In this document: positions 56,071-64,000 of the stretch, piece after piece | Numbering within the stretch: the first letter of the stretch is position 1 | Layout: every line of letters starts with the position of its first letter | NCBI GenBank assembly: GCA_965368975.1 | Contig: CBDUPA010000009.1 | Location: 1-64,000, forward strand | Reading direction: 5' to 3' | Length of the DNA stretch: 64,000 nt | Source of the DNA: an uncultured bacterium | Lineage (GTDB): Bacteria; Acidobacteriota; Thermoanaerobaculia; Multivoradales; JAHZIX01 | The notes under the pieces: generated by a model | The model's database searches: none | Told to the model about the DNA's origin: nothing | The model's input: the letters and a program-made list of their open reading frames with translations, nothing else | Program-made: the position numbers and the translations under genes

Positions 56071-56501
56071 GCCAGCAGCTCTTTCTCACGCCGCTCTTCT
56101 TGCTTCCTGGTGTTGCCCTGCTGGTCCTCTCGACATCGGCGCGCTACAGCTCGCTCCATACGGAAGTCCATCATCAGATCCACGACGAAAACGGTGACCC
56201 TTGTGGTCACCACCTAAGGCGGCGTGCGCGACTCTTCCGCAACGTGTTGGTGTGCCTCTACAGTGCTATCTGCCTACTGTCGCTGGCTGCCTTGAGCGGT
56301 GGCGTAATGAAGGTGGCAGGGCTGACCGCAAGTGACGGGCTCGTCCTCGGCTTGTCGGTTTTTGCGGTAGCTCTCGTTGTGGTCGCCACTGCTCTGCTGG
56401 TACACGAAGCAACCCTGTCGCTGCAGGTCATCGAAGACCATCTGAATGAAATACCTGACTCGGCCCCTCGCCGCCGAAAGGAGTCCTGTGAGTACCGATA
56501 G
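56067..56501 (+). CDS. DUF2721-like membrane protein
   Basis: P...LPGVALLVLSTSARY, RARLFRN.L..LY, three TM segments; GTGA overlap with the previous gene. Confidence 0.7.
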   Translation: MSQQLFLTPLFLLPGVALLVLSTSARYSSLHTEVHHQIHDENGDPCGHHLRRRARLFRNVLVCLYSAICLLSLAALSGGVMKVAGLTASDGLVLGLSVFAVALVVVATALLVHEATLSLQVIEDHLNEIPDSAPRRRKESCEYR

Positions 56502-57294
56502 AAACTACCAATGGCAACTGTTGAGCCTCGACCCGGAAGAACTGCGCGATGCACGGCTGCAGGTGCACTGGGCTGCCCAGATCATCGCCGCTACGGCCAA
56601 CGTCTTGCTGGAGAAACGCGATGACGACAGCCAGAGTAACCTCGGCTGGCGCCGCGACCAAGGGGCACTGGTGACTCATGCGTTACCTGGTGTCGGACTC
56701 GCGGCGTTGCGGCTGGCCGACCTGACTCTGCTGCTGCTCGACGAAAACGGCGGCGTACGGCGCGAGCTGCCCCTAGCCGGCAGCACGCTGGCCCAGGGGC
56801 TCACCGACTTCGGCGCTGCCGTGGGTACGGAGCTGAGCCTCCGCGACTACGACATGCCCGAGCATGCGGTCAGCCAGGGCGCTGCCTTCGATGCCCCAGG
56901 GGAGGCCCATCGCGAACTCGCCCGCTGGTACGGCAACGCCGCCGCACTGCTCAGCCAGCTGCAGGCAGAGGACCACCGCGCCTCCGACTTGCGCTTGTGG
57001 CCACACCACTTCGACATCGCCTTCCTGATCTCTCTACCCGATGACGCCAGCATCGGCGTCGGCTTCCTGGCCAGTGACAGCAGCTATGCGCAACCATACT
57101 GGTACGTCAGCCCCTGGCCCTATCCAGACGAACCCCCAAGCGCACTACCGGCGGCCGGGGGTCACTGGCACACCGAGGGCTTCACCGCAGCGGTGCTGAC
57201 CGCAAACCACCTGCTGGCGGAGAGAGACGCTGCCAGCCAGCAACAGAAGGCGGAATCCTTCCTCCGCTCGGCCCTCGGGATCCTGCTACCTTGA
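56488..57294 (+). CDS. Hypothetical protein, DUF5996-like
   Basis: LQVHWAAQI, LWPHHFDIA, GF...D.....PYWYVSPWP, G.WHTEGF; AAAGGAG RBS before GTG 56488. Confidence 0.65.
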   Translation: MSTDRNYQWQLLSLDPEELRDARLQVHWAAQIIAATANVLLEKRDDDSQSNLGWRRDQGALVTHALPGVGLAALRLADLTLLLLDENGGVRRELPLAGSTLAQGLTDFGAAVGTELSLRDYDMPEHAVSQGAAFDAPGEAHRELARWYGNAAALLSQLQAEDHRASDLRLWPHHFDIAFLISLPDDASIGVGFLASDSSYAQPYWYVSPWPYPDEPPSALPAAGGHWHTEGFTAAVLTANHLLAERDAASQQQKAESFLRSALGILLP

Positions 57295-57340
57295 CCAGGT
57301 ACCCTGGCTTGGCAACCACCCCTCTTAGGAGAACTGCAGA

Positions 57341-58954
57341 ATGAGAAAGCAAGCTATTGCCGCCTGGGCGGACCTAGGCGACCGCACGCCGACCTACGCG
57401 CTGGTAGAGAACGTCGACCTGGTGATCATCCGCTACGGAGACGACGTCTCGGTCCTTTACGGCCGCTGCCACCACCGCGGCGCCCTGCTGGCGGATGGCC
57501 ACATCGACGGCCATAACCTGATCTGCGGTGTGCATGGCTGGGACTACCGCTACGACACCGGCATCAGCGAGTACAACAACGATGAACAGCTGCACAAGTT
57601 CAACGCCTGGGTCGAAGACGGCCAGGTCTACATTGACGCCGACGAGATCGCAGCCTGGGAAAGGGACAACCCGCAGCCTTACGACCGTGAGTCCTACCAG
57701 GGCACCTACGCGGACGTCCACGGCGCGCCCGAAGAGCCGCACACCAAGCTGATCCAGGAGCTGGCGACCCACGGTCTCGACAAACTCGGACACCATGGCC
57801 CAGTGAACGCCATGGGCGTAGCGCGCCAGCAGCTGCCGAACTGGGACGACCTACAATTCGTGACCGCCCAGCTTTACAAAGTGCCGCAGCTGGATGATGT
57901 CGAGGTGGACACAGACCTGGTCATCGGACCGAGCAGCGCCAAGCCGCTGAGACTCGACATTCCGATCTTCGTCTCGGACATGAGCTTCGGCGCGCTGTCG
58001 GAGGAAAGCAAGATAGCGCTGGCACAAGGGGCTCAACTCGCTGGCACCGGGATTTGCAGCGGTGAGGGAGGCATGCTGCCCGAGGAACAGCAGGCCAACA
58101 GTCGCTATTTCTACGAACTCGCTTCCGCGCGCTTCGGCTTCTCCTGGGACAAGGTCAAGCAGTGCCAGGCCTTTCACTTCAAGGGCGGCCAGGGCGCCAA
58201 GACCGGCACCGGCGGCCACCTGCCGGGCGAGAAGGTGCAGGGCAAGATCGCTGACGTACGCGGCCTCCAGCCCGGACAATCGGCGATCTCGCCGGCACGC
58301 TTCCCGGACTGGGACAACGTCGAGGCCTTCCGCGAGTTCGCCGGCCAGGTGCGCGACGCCACCGGCGGCATTCCGGTCGGCTTCAAGTTGTCGGCGCAGC
58401 ACATCGAGAAGGATATCGACGCCGCCCTGCACGCTGACGCCGATTACGTCATTCTCGACGGTCGCGGTGGTGGTACCGGCGCGGCACCCTTGATCTTCCG
58501 CGACAACATCTCGGTCCCCACGATCCCAGCACTGGCGCGCGCACGCCGTCATCTCGATCGCCAGGGACGCAGCGAGGTCACGCTGATCATCACGGGCGGT
58601 CTGCGCACGCCGGCAGACTTCGCCAAAGCCTTGGCCCTCGGCGCCGACGGCATCGCCGTCTCCAACGCCGCGATCCAGGCCATTGGCTGCCTCGGCATGC
58701 GTGCCTGCCACACCAACAACTGCCCTGTGGGTATCGCGACGCAGAAGCCGCACCTTCGCCAACGCCTGGTGATCCAGCCCGCCGCGGAGCGCTTGGCCCG
58801 CTTCTTCGGCGCCGCGGTGGAGATCATGAAGCTGATGGCCCGTGCCTGTGGTCACACCCACCTGAGCCAGCTCTGTCCCGACGATCTGACCACCTTCGAT
58901 CGCGACATGGCCTACCTGTCCGGCGTCGCCTATGCGGGCGTCGTGCCCGTCTGA
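57341..58954 (+). CDS. Rieske [2Fe-2S] domain fused to FMN-dependent glutamate-synthase-like domain
   Basis: CHH...CGVH Rieske ligands; MSFGALS, GEGG, GQGAK.G.GG.LP, DGRGGGTG, GGLR; [3Fe-4S] motif C.GMR.CHTNNCPVG. Confidence 0.9.
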   Translation: MRKQAIAAWADLGDRTPTYALVENVDLVIIRYGDDVSVLYGRCHHRGALLADGHIDGHNLICGVHGWDYRYDTGISEYNNDEQLHKFNAWVEDGQVYIDADEIAAWERDNPQPYDRESYQGTYADVHGAPEEPHTKLIQELATHGLDKLGHHGPVNAMGVARQQLPNWDDLQFVTAQLYKVPQLDDVEVDTDLVIGPSSAKPLRLDIPIFVSDMSFGALSEESKIALAQGAQLAGTGICSGEGGMLPEEQQANSRYFYELASARFGFSWDKVKQCQAFHFKGGQGAKTGTGGHLPGEKVQGKIADVRGLQPGQSAISPARFPDWDNVEAFREFAGQVRDATGGIPVGFKLSAQHIEKDIDAALHADADYVILDGRGGGTGAAPLIFRDNISVPTIPALARARRHLDRQGRSEVTLIITGGLRTPADFAKALALGADGIAVSNAAIQAIGCLGMRACHTNNCPVGIATQKPHLRQRLVIQPAAERLARFFGAAVEIMKLMARACGHTHLSQLCPDDLTTFDRDMAYLSGVAYAGVVPV

Positions 58955-59004
58955 GCATGAAGCCCCTCTAGGTAGAGACAACGGAAACCAAGGAGCCTGC
59001 AAAC

Positions 59005-60966
59005 ATGAGCGACAACACCCACCTGATCTGGCACCGCGTGGCAGGTCTCAACGAGCTGCCCGAAGGCCGGGTCAAGACAGTTACCGTGGGCAAAGAGAGC
59101 ATCGCGCTGACCCACCATGACGGCCAGTATGGCGCGCTCGAGAACGCCTGCCCGCACCAGGGCGGCCCCCTCGGTGAGGGTTCGATCGAGAACGGCTACC
59201 TGCGCTGCCCCTGGCACGGCTGGGACTACTGCCCACTCTCCGGCAAACCACCAGGAGGGTACGACGACGGAGTGCGCACCTTCCCGGTGGAGGTGCGCAG
59301 CGACGGCATCTACATCGCGCTCGAAGCCGAGGAGCCGGAAACGCGCACCGTGTCGGACGTCATGGCCGAGACCATGGTCAACTGGGGGGTGAAGCATGTC
59401 TTCGGCATGGTTGGCCACTCCAACCTCGGTCTTGCCGACGCACTGCGCCGACGCGAGGAGGCCGGCGACCTGACCTTCATCGGCATCCGCCACGAAGGCG
59501 CGGCCGCCTTCGCCTGCTCGGCCTACGCCAAACTGACCGGCAAGCCCGCCGCCTGCCTGGCGATTGCCGGCCCCGGCGCCACCAACCTGCTCACCGGCTT
59601 GTGGGACGCCAAGGTCGACCGCGCGCCTGTGCTGGCGCTCACCGGCCAAGTCAACACGCAGGTGCTCGGCCCCGGTGCCTTCCAGGAGCTCGACCTGGCC
59701 GCCGCCTTCGCTCCGGTCGCCGGCTGGAGCCAGACCGTGCTGTCGAGCTCGAAGCACGCTGAACTCATGAACCTGGCCCTCAAGCACGCCGTCCAGTACC
59801 GTGAAGTCGGACACCTGATCTTCCCGGACGAGGTGCAGGAGATCGAGGTAGGCAGCATCGACGATGGTGGCCCAGAGGCTTCCGGCCCGGAAGGCCGGCT
59901 TACGCCTACCGACATCACCCCACCACCCACGGCCCTGGGGGCAGCAGTCGAGAGGCTACGCAGCGCCCAGCGACCAGTGATCATCGTTGGCCACGGTGCT
60001 CGCGACGGCATGGACGAGGTCACCAAGCTCGCCGAGCACCTGCGCTGCCCGGTGCTCACCACCTTCAAAGGCAAGGGCCTGATCTCCGACTTCCATCCGA
60101 ACGGTTGTGGTGTGCTCGGACGCAGCGGCACCCCGATCGCCAGCTGGTTCATGAATGAATGCGACACGCTGCTGGTATTCGGCGCCTCGTTCTCCAACCA
60201 CACCGGCATCACACCCAAGAAACCGATCATCCAGGTGGACTTCGATCCATGGCAGCTCGGCCGTGTCCATGCCGTCGACGTGCCGGTGCTGGGCGATATC
60301 GCAGTCACCGCGCGCCTGTTGCGCGAGGCACTGCACGACGCCAACCCAACGGACCAGACTCCGGAGATCACCGAACGCTGGAGGCTCTGGCGGGCCGAGA
60401 AGGCGAGTCGCCGGCAGGACGACCAGAGTCAGGGCTTGGGAGCAGCTACCATTTTCGAGACTCTGACCCACCTGACACCCGAGAACGCCGTCATCGCCGT
60501 CGATGTGGGAAACAACACCTATTCGTTCGGTCGCTACTTCGAGTGCAAGCAGCAGGCCGTCCTCATGTCAGGCTATCTGGGATCGATCGGCTTCGGCTAT
60601 TCGGGCGCCATGGGTGCCTGGGCGGCGGCAGGACATCAGCGGCCGATCATCGCGGTCACCGGCGACGGGGGCTTCGGTCAGTACCTGGCCGAGGTCACGA
60701 CGGCGGTCAAGTACGGCATGAACCTGACGCACATCCTGCTCAACAATTCCGAGCTAGGCAAAATCTCCAAGGAACAGCGGGGAGGACGCTTCGAAGTCTG
60801 GCAAACCTCGCTACACAACCCGAATTTCGCAGAGTACGTGAGCAACTGCGGCGGCCTCGGAATCCGGGTTTCCAAGGTCGAAGAACTCGAACCGGCGATC
60901 CGGCGAGCCCTGGCGTACGATGGGCCGGCGACGGTCGAGGTGCTGCAGAACGTCGAGTTGCTGTGA
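59005..60966 (+). CDS. Rieske [2Fe-2S] domain fused to ThDP-dependent pyruvate-oxidase/ALS-like enzyme
   Basis: CPHQ...CPWH Rieske ligands; RHEGAAAF, GPGATN, GDGG...NN ThDP motif. Confidence 0.9.
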   Translation: MSDNTHLIWHRVAGLNELPEGRVKTVTVGKESIALTHHDGQYGALENACPHQGGPLGEGSIENGYLRCPWHGWDYCPLSGKPPGGYDDGVRTFPVEVRSDGIYIALEAEEPETRTVSDVMAETMVNWGVKHVFGMVGHSNLGLADALRRREEAGDLTFIGIRHEGAAAFACSAYAKLTGKPAACLAIAGPGATNLLTGLWDAKVDRAPVLALTGQVNTQVLGPGAFQELDLAAAFAPVAGWSQTVLSSSKHAELMNLALKHAVQYREVGHLIFPDEVQEIEVGSIDDGGPEASGPEGRLTPTDITPPPTALGAAVERLRSAQRPVIIVGHGARDGMDEVTKLAEHLRCPVLTTFKGKGLISDFHPNGCGVLGRSGTPIASWFMNECDTLLVFGASFSNHTGITPKKPIIQVDFDPWQLGRVHAVDVPVLGDIAVTARLLREALHDANPTDQTPEITERWRLWRAEKASRRQDDQSQGLGAATIFETLTHLTPENAVIAVDVGNNTYSFGRYFECKQQAVLMSGYLGSIGFGYSGAMGAWAAAGHQRPIIAVTGDGGFGQYLAEVTTAVKYGMNLTHILLNNSELGKISKEQRGGRFEVWQTSLHNPNFAEYVSNCGGLGIRVSKVEELEPAIRRALAYDGPATVEVLQNVELL

Positions 60967-61064
60967 CGTCGAACGTCCCTGCTATGCTCGACCGGTAACT
61001 ACCCGTTGTCAGTGCCTTTCCCGAGAGGGTGGCCGTCCAGATGAGACCTAGAGGAGCCTACGCC

Positions 61065-61403
61065 ATGACCGACCGTGTCCGGAACCTTGTCCAGTTCGCC
61101 GCCGTGCTGCTGATCGCCACCGCCTTTCTCACCGCCGCCCCCACGCTCTCGGCTGAGGACGAGCAGCCCGCTACCGCCGAGGTCACTTCGATTTTCAAGG
61201 TGACCGGCATGACGTGCACCAACTGCGAGGCATTGATCCGCAGCAACGTGCAGGCACTGGACGGCGTCAGCGCGGCGAGCGCGGACCACATGGCGGGAAC
61301 CGCCGAGGTGACCTACGATCCGGCGAAGGTGACGACGGAGCAGGTCATCCAGGCGATCACGAACGCTGGTTACGGCGCGGAGTTGCTGGAGACCAAGGAG
61401 TAG
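61065..61403 (+). CDS. Exported heavy-metal-associated (HMA, MerP/CopZ-like) protein
   Basis: Signal peptide, GMTCTNC metal motif, I..AGY; GAGGAG RBS. Confidence 0.9.
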   Translation: MTDRVRNLVQFAAVLLIATAFLTAAPTLSAEDEQPATAEVTSIFKVTGMTCTNCEALIRSNVQALDGVSAASADHMAGTAEVTYDPAKVTTEQVIQAITNAGYGAELLETKE

Positions 61404-61523
61404 GGCCCCACGCGCTCGCTACAGGCCGCTGATCACAGGCCGCTGGCCAGAGATTGGGCGCTCGTTCTGCTCTCTGGTTTATACTCGGCGGATCTATCCA
61501 CAATTCGTTGGGAGGAAGTACCG

Positions 61524-61727
61524 ATGAAAAAGCGGAGAAAGCTGCAGCTCAGCCGTGAGACCCTGCACACGATGGATTTGCGCACGGCGCAGGGCGGTGA
61601 CGTGATCCAAGCGACCGTTCAGGCCACCACGATCATCATCAAAGAGACGATCGAAATCGCCGTCCGGTCCGAAGAGGGGTGCCCGACCTACTCTTGCTGC
61701 TGCCTGACTTGCCCCCCCTGTCCCTGA
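61524..61727 (+). CDS. Putative RiPP precursor peptide (67 aa, Cys-rich core)
   Basis: GGAGG RBS; leader MKKRRKLQLSRETL...AQGG; core ending CPTYSCCCLTCPPCP. Confidence 0.75.
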   Translation: MKKRRKLQLSRETLHTMDLRTAQGGDVIQATVQATTIIIKETIEIAVRSEEGCPTYSCCCLTCPPCP

Positions 61728-61752
61728 GGCTCATCGCCGCCTCCGAGCCCTG

Positions 61753-61771
61753 AAGCGGCCCAGCCGCTTTT
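61753..61771 (+). terminator. Possible terminator after the peptide gene
   Basis: AAGCGGC-cca-GCCGCTT followed by a short T run. Confidence 0.45.
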
Positions 61772-61823
61772 AGAGTTCGTAGGCGGCCCAACCGACTTAT
61801 AGCTCGTAGGCGGCCCAGCCGCC
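61770..61823. repeat. 2 x 27-bp tandem duplication of the final codons of the STAND/TPR gene
   Basis: TTAGAGTTCGTAGGCGGCCCAACCGAC followed by TTATAGCTCGTAGGCGGCCCAGCCGCC; a degenerate third copy lies at about 61743-61769. Confidence 0.85.
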
Positions 61824-64000
61824 GGGGGCCAACACATTGGCCATCAGGTCGGTGCGTTTGATGCTCTGGCTGGCGATCCACTCATCGGCCTGTCGCATCA
61901 GGTCCTTGCCGCGCGAGCCCCGCAGCTGGCCGAGGCGGCGGCGGGCGGCGGCAGCGTAGAGGCGCATGTCGTGCTTCTCGAGCCCCTCGATCGCCTGCTC
62001 CAGGAGCCCTTCCGCCTCTTCCTTCAGACCCTCCGTGGCACGAATGCCGGCCCGCAGGAGCAGCGCCAGCGGATCGGACCAGAAGAGCTTCTCGCTCTCG
62101 ATTTTCTTCAGGTCGCCCTGGACGACCTTGATCAGCTGCTTGTACTGCTCGGTGTCCAGACCGGCCTCAACAGCGGCGGCGAGCGCGCAGCGAGCGCGCA
62201 GGCACGAAGCCTCGGTGCGCGTGAACTGGATACGCAGCAGCATCGACTCTTGTAGACCACCCCACAATTCCTGCAGCCGCCGCCAGGCTTCCAGGCCACC
62301 GGCCGAGTACATGGCGATCTCGACCATGCCCGTCATGTGCCAGTAGTGTTGCAGGTGGAAGCCCTGCTGCGACCAGCGACTGATCGACTGCTCGACTTCC
62401 TCTTCCGCCAGCTTCGGCTCGTCGTTGACCAGCCAGGCGACCCAGGTGACGCGGCTGCGCAGGTTGGTTTCGGCGTAGAGGTCACCACGCTCCTGCACAT
62501 CTTTGAGCAGCGACGGCAGGCGACGGCAGATCTCCCCGTACTCGCCGAGCAGCAGCAACGCTCGCAGCTGGAACTGCATCGTGGTGTCCAGCTCCCACGT
62601 GACGCCGGTGCAGCGCTCACGCAGGATCTCTTCGCCGTAATCCAGGCGCTCGACCGCCTTCTGCCAGTGACCTTCCAGATAGGCCGCCATGCCCGAGGTC
62701 ATGTGCGCGAGGCCGAGGGCATGCGGGTGGTTGACCTTCTGTGCCAGGCGCATCGACAAACGAATGAGATTCTCGGTGCGATCCAGCCCCTTGTTGCCGG
62801 AGGTCGCCGAGGCGATCGTCTCGATGCACAGGGCGCGCGCCACGCGGTACGGCTCGCCTGCCTTGAGTGACAGCAGCAGGTTACGCTTGCTGTAGTCCAT
62901 ACCGCGAATGGTGTCGACGATCGCCAGGCCGACGGACACGGACCAGCAGGTGTCGATCTGGATCAGCTTCTCAGCGGCGATCTGCGTCGAGTCGCGTTCC
63001 TTGAACTTGAGACCCCGGATCTTCAGGAAGGCGATGCTGCGTAGCAGCGACAGCAACGCCTGGCGCGGTGTCTCCGCCAGCTTCATGCCGATCGACTCGA
63101 GCACGTGACGGATGGTGGCCAGCCCCTTGTCGATGCGGCCGCTGATCAGCAGTTGCTCGGCGGCGCGGCGGCGCAGCTCCAGGGCGTCCGCGGCCATGCC
63201 ACCTTCGGCCGACAGCAGATAGGCCTGCGCTGCTTCGGCACCTCGGCCGGCGTTGGCCAGGGCATCCGCGAGCTTGATCTGCAGCTGCCGGTAGGCCTCA
63301 CCCTCGTCGACGGCGAGGTCGAGAGCGATGCGATAGAGACGGCTGGCGCGATCGAAAGCCAGGGCTTCGGCAGCCTGATCTGCCGCCTGCGCGGCAAACT
63401 CGGCGGCGCGGTCGCGCTGGCCTGCTTCTTCGAAGTGGATGGCCAGGACTTCAGGATCGACGTTTCCGGCTGCCTGCAGCGCTTGCGCCAGGCGCAAGTG
63501 ATAACGCTTGAGCAGGGCCGGCTCGAGCAGCTTCGGGACGATCTCGCGGATGCGGTCGTGGTAGCACTCGACTTGGTCGTCCTTGTGACTGCTGCCACGC
63601 AGACGGATCAGGTTGGCCGAACGCAGCGCAGCCAGGGCCGCCTGCACCTCCTCGACCTCTGCGGCTTGCTTGGCGACGTCCAGACTGACCGGCTGGCCAA
63701 TTACCGAAATGACTTCCAGCAGGCGCCGCGCTTCTTCTGGCAGGCGATCCAGGTGCGCCAGCATGACCTTCTCGATCGTCGCTTCGCCGACCGCGCGTTC
63801 GACGTCGCCGCTCACCGCCTCGTCGCCGGAGACAGTCTGTGCATACCGCACCAGCGTGTCGATCAGGAATGGGTTGCCGCCGGACTCGCGTACGATGGTC
63901 TCGGCCAGCGCTTCGGCGGCTGGCGAGTCGCTGCGTAGCAGTTGCAGCGTCAGACGCCGCGACTCCTCGGGCCCCAGCTCTTTGAGCACAACCTCCCGTA
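61797..64000 (-). CDS. C-terminal part of a STAND/AAA ATPase-TPR protein (often Ser/Thr kinase-fused); 5' end outside the window
   Basis: ESGGNPFLI (GxP), wHTH YHDRIRE, LA.HFEEAG, helical TPR-like repeats. No kinase domain is visible within the window. Confidence 0.8.
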   Translation of the reverse strand, partial: REVVLKELGPEESRRLTLQLLRSDSPAAEALAETIVRESGGNPFLIDTLVRYAQTVSGDEAVSGDVERAVGEATIEKVMLAHLDRLPEEARRLLEVISVIGQPVSLDVAKQAAEVEEVQAALAALRSANLIRLRGSSHKDDQVECYHDRIREIVPKLLEPALLKRYHLRLAQALQAAGNVDPEVLAIHFEEAGQRDRAAEFAAQAADQAAEALAFDRASRLYRIALDLAVDEGEAYRQLQIKLADALANAGRGAEAAQAYLLSAEGGMAADALELRRRAAEQLLISGRIDKGLATIRHVLESIGMKLAETPRQALLSLLRSIAFLKIRGLKFKERDSTQIAAEKLIQIDTCWSVSVGLAIVDTIRGMDYSKRNLLLSLKAGEPYRVARALCIETIASATSGNKGLDRTENLIRLSMRLAQKVNHPHALGLAHMTSGMAAYLEGHWQKAVERLDYGEEILRERCTGVTWELDTTMQFQLRALLLLGEYGEICRRLPSLLKDVQERGDLYAETNLRSRVTWVAWLVNDEPKLAEEEVEQSISRWSQQGFHLQHYWHMTGMVEIAMYSAGGLEAWRRLQELWGGLQESMLLRIQFTRTEASCLRARCALAAAVEAGLDTEQYKQLIKVVQGDLKKIESEKLFWSDPLALLLRAGIRATEGLKEEAEGLLEQAIEGLEKHDMRLYAAAARRRLGQLRGSRGKDLMRQADEWIASQSIKRTDLMANVLAPGGWAAYEL

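Overview
GC-rich (about 65-70% by eye) bacterial chromosome segment. The GWxTD protein, the ECF-sigma/CHAT modules and the 'KLxLxRETL' leader peptide suggest an Acidobacteriota (Thermoanaerobaculia-like) organism; this is inference only. Housekeeping genes include hemH, ruvA, a ppiD-like gene, mreBCD-mrdA-rodA-rng, pyrF, ampG, acetoacetate-CoA ligase, an ABC-2 exporter and tRNA-Glu(CTC). The accessory modules are: (1) a divergent five-gene cassette (M48-TPR protease, zf-HC2 anti-sigma, ECF sigma | secreted TPR-CHAT caspase-like protease, unknown 383-aa protein) with the same ECF-like motif ATGRGAA-N15-CCGTC upstream of both arms; (2) a CHAT-STAND-TPR (NLR-like) gene abutting the tRNA; (3) a lone low-GC 955-aa P-loop ATPase inserted before ampG; (4) an operon with two Rieske-fused enzymes; (5) an orphan Cys-rich RiPP-like precursor between an exported HMA protein and a STAND/TPR gene whose last 9 codons are tandemly duplicated. 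No CRISPR array, rRNA, integrase or transposase was seen. All calls come from reading motifs by eye; no database searches were run.
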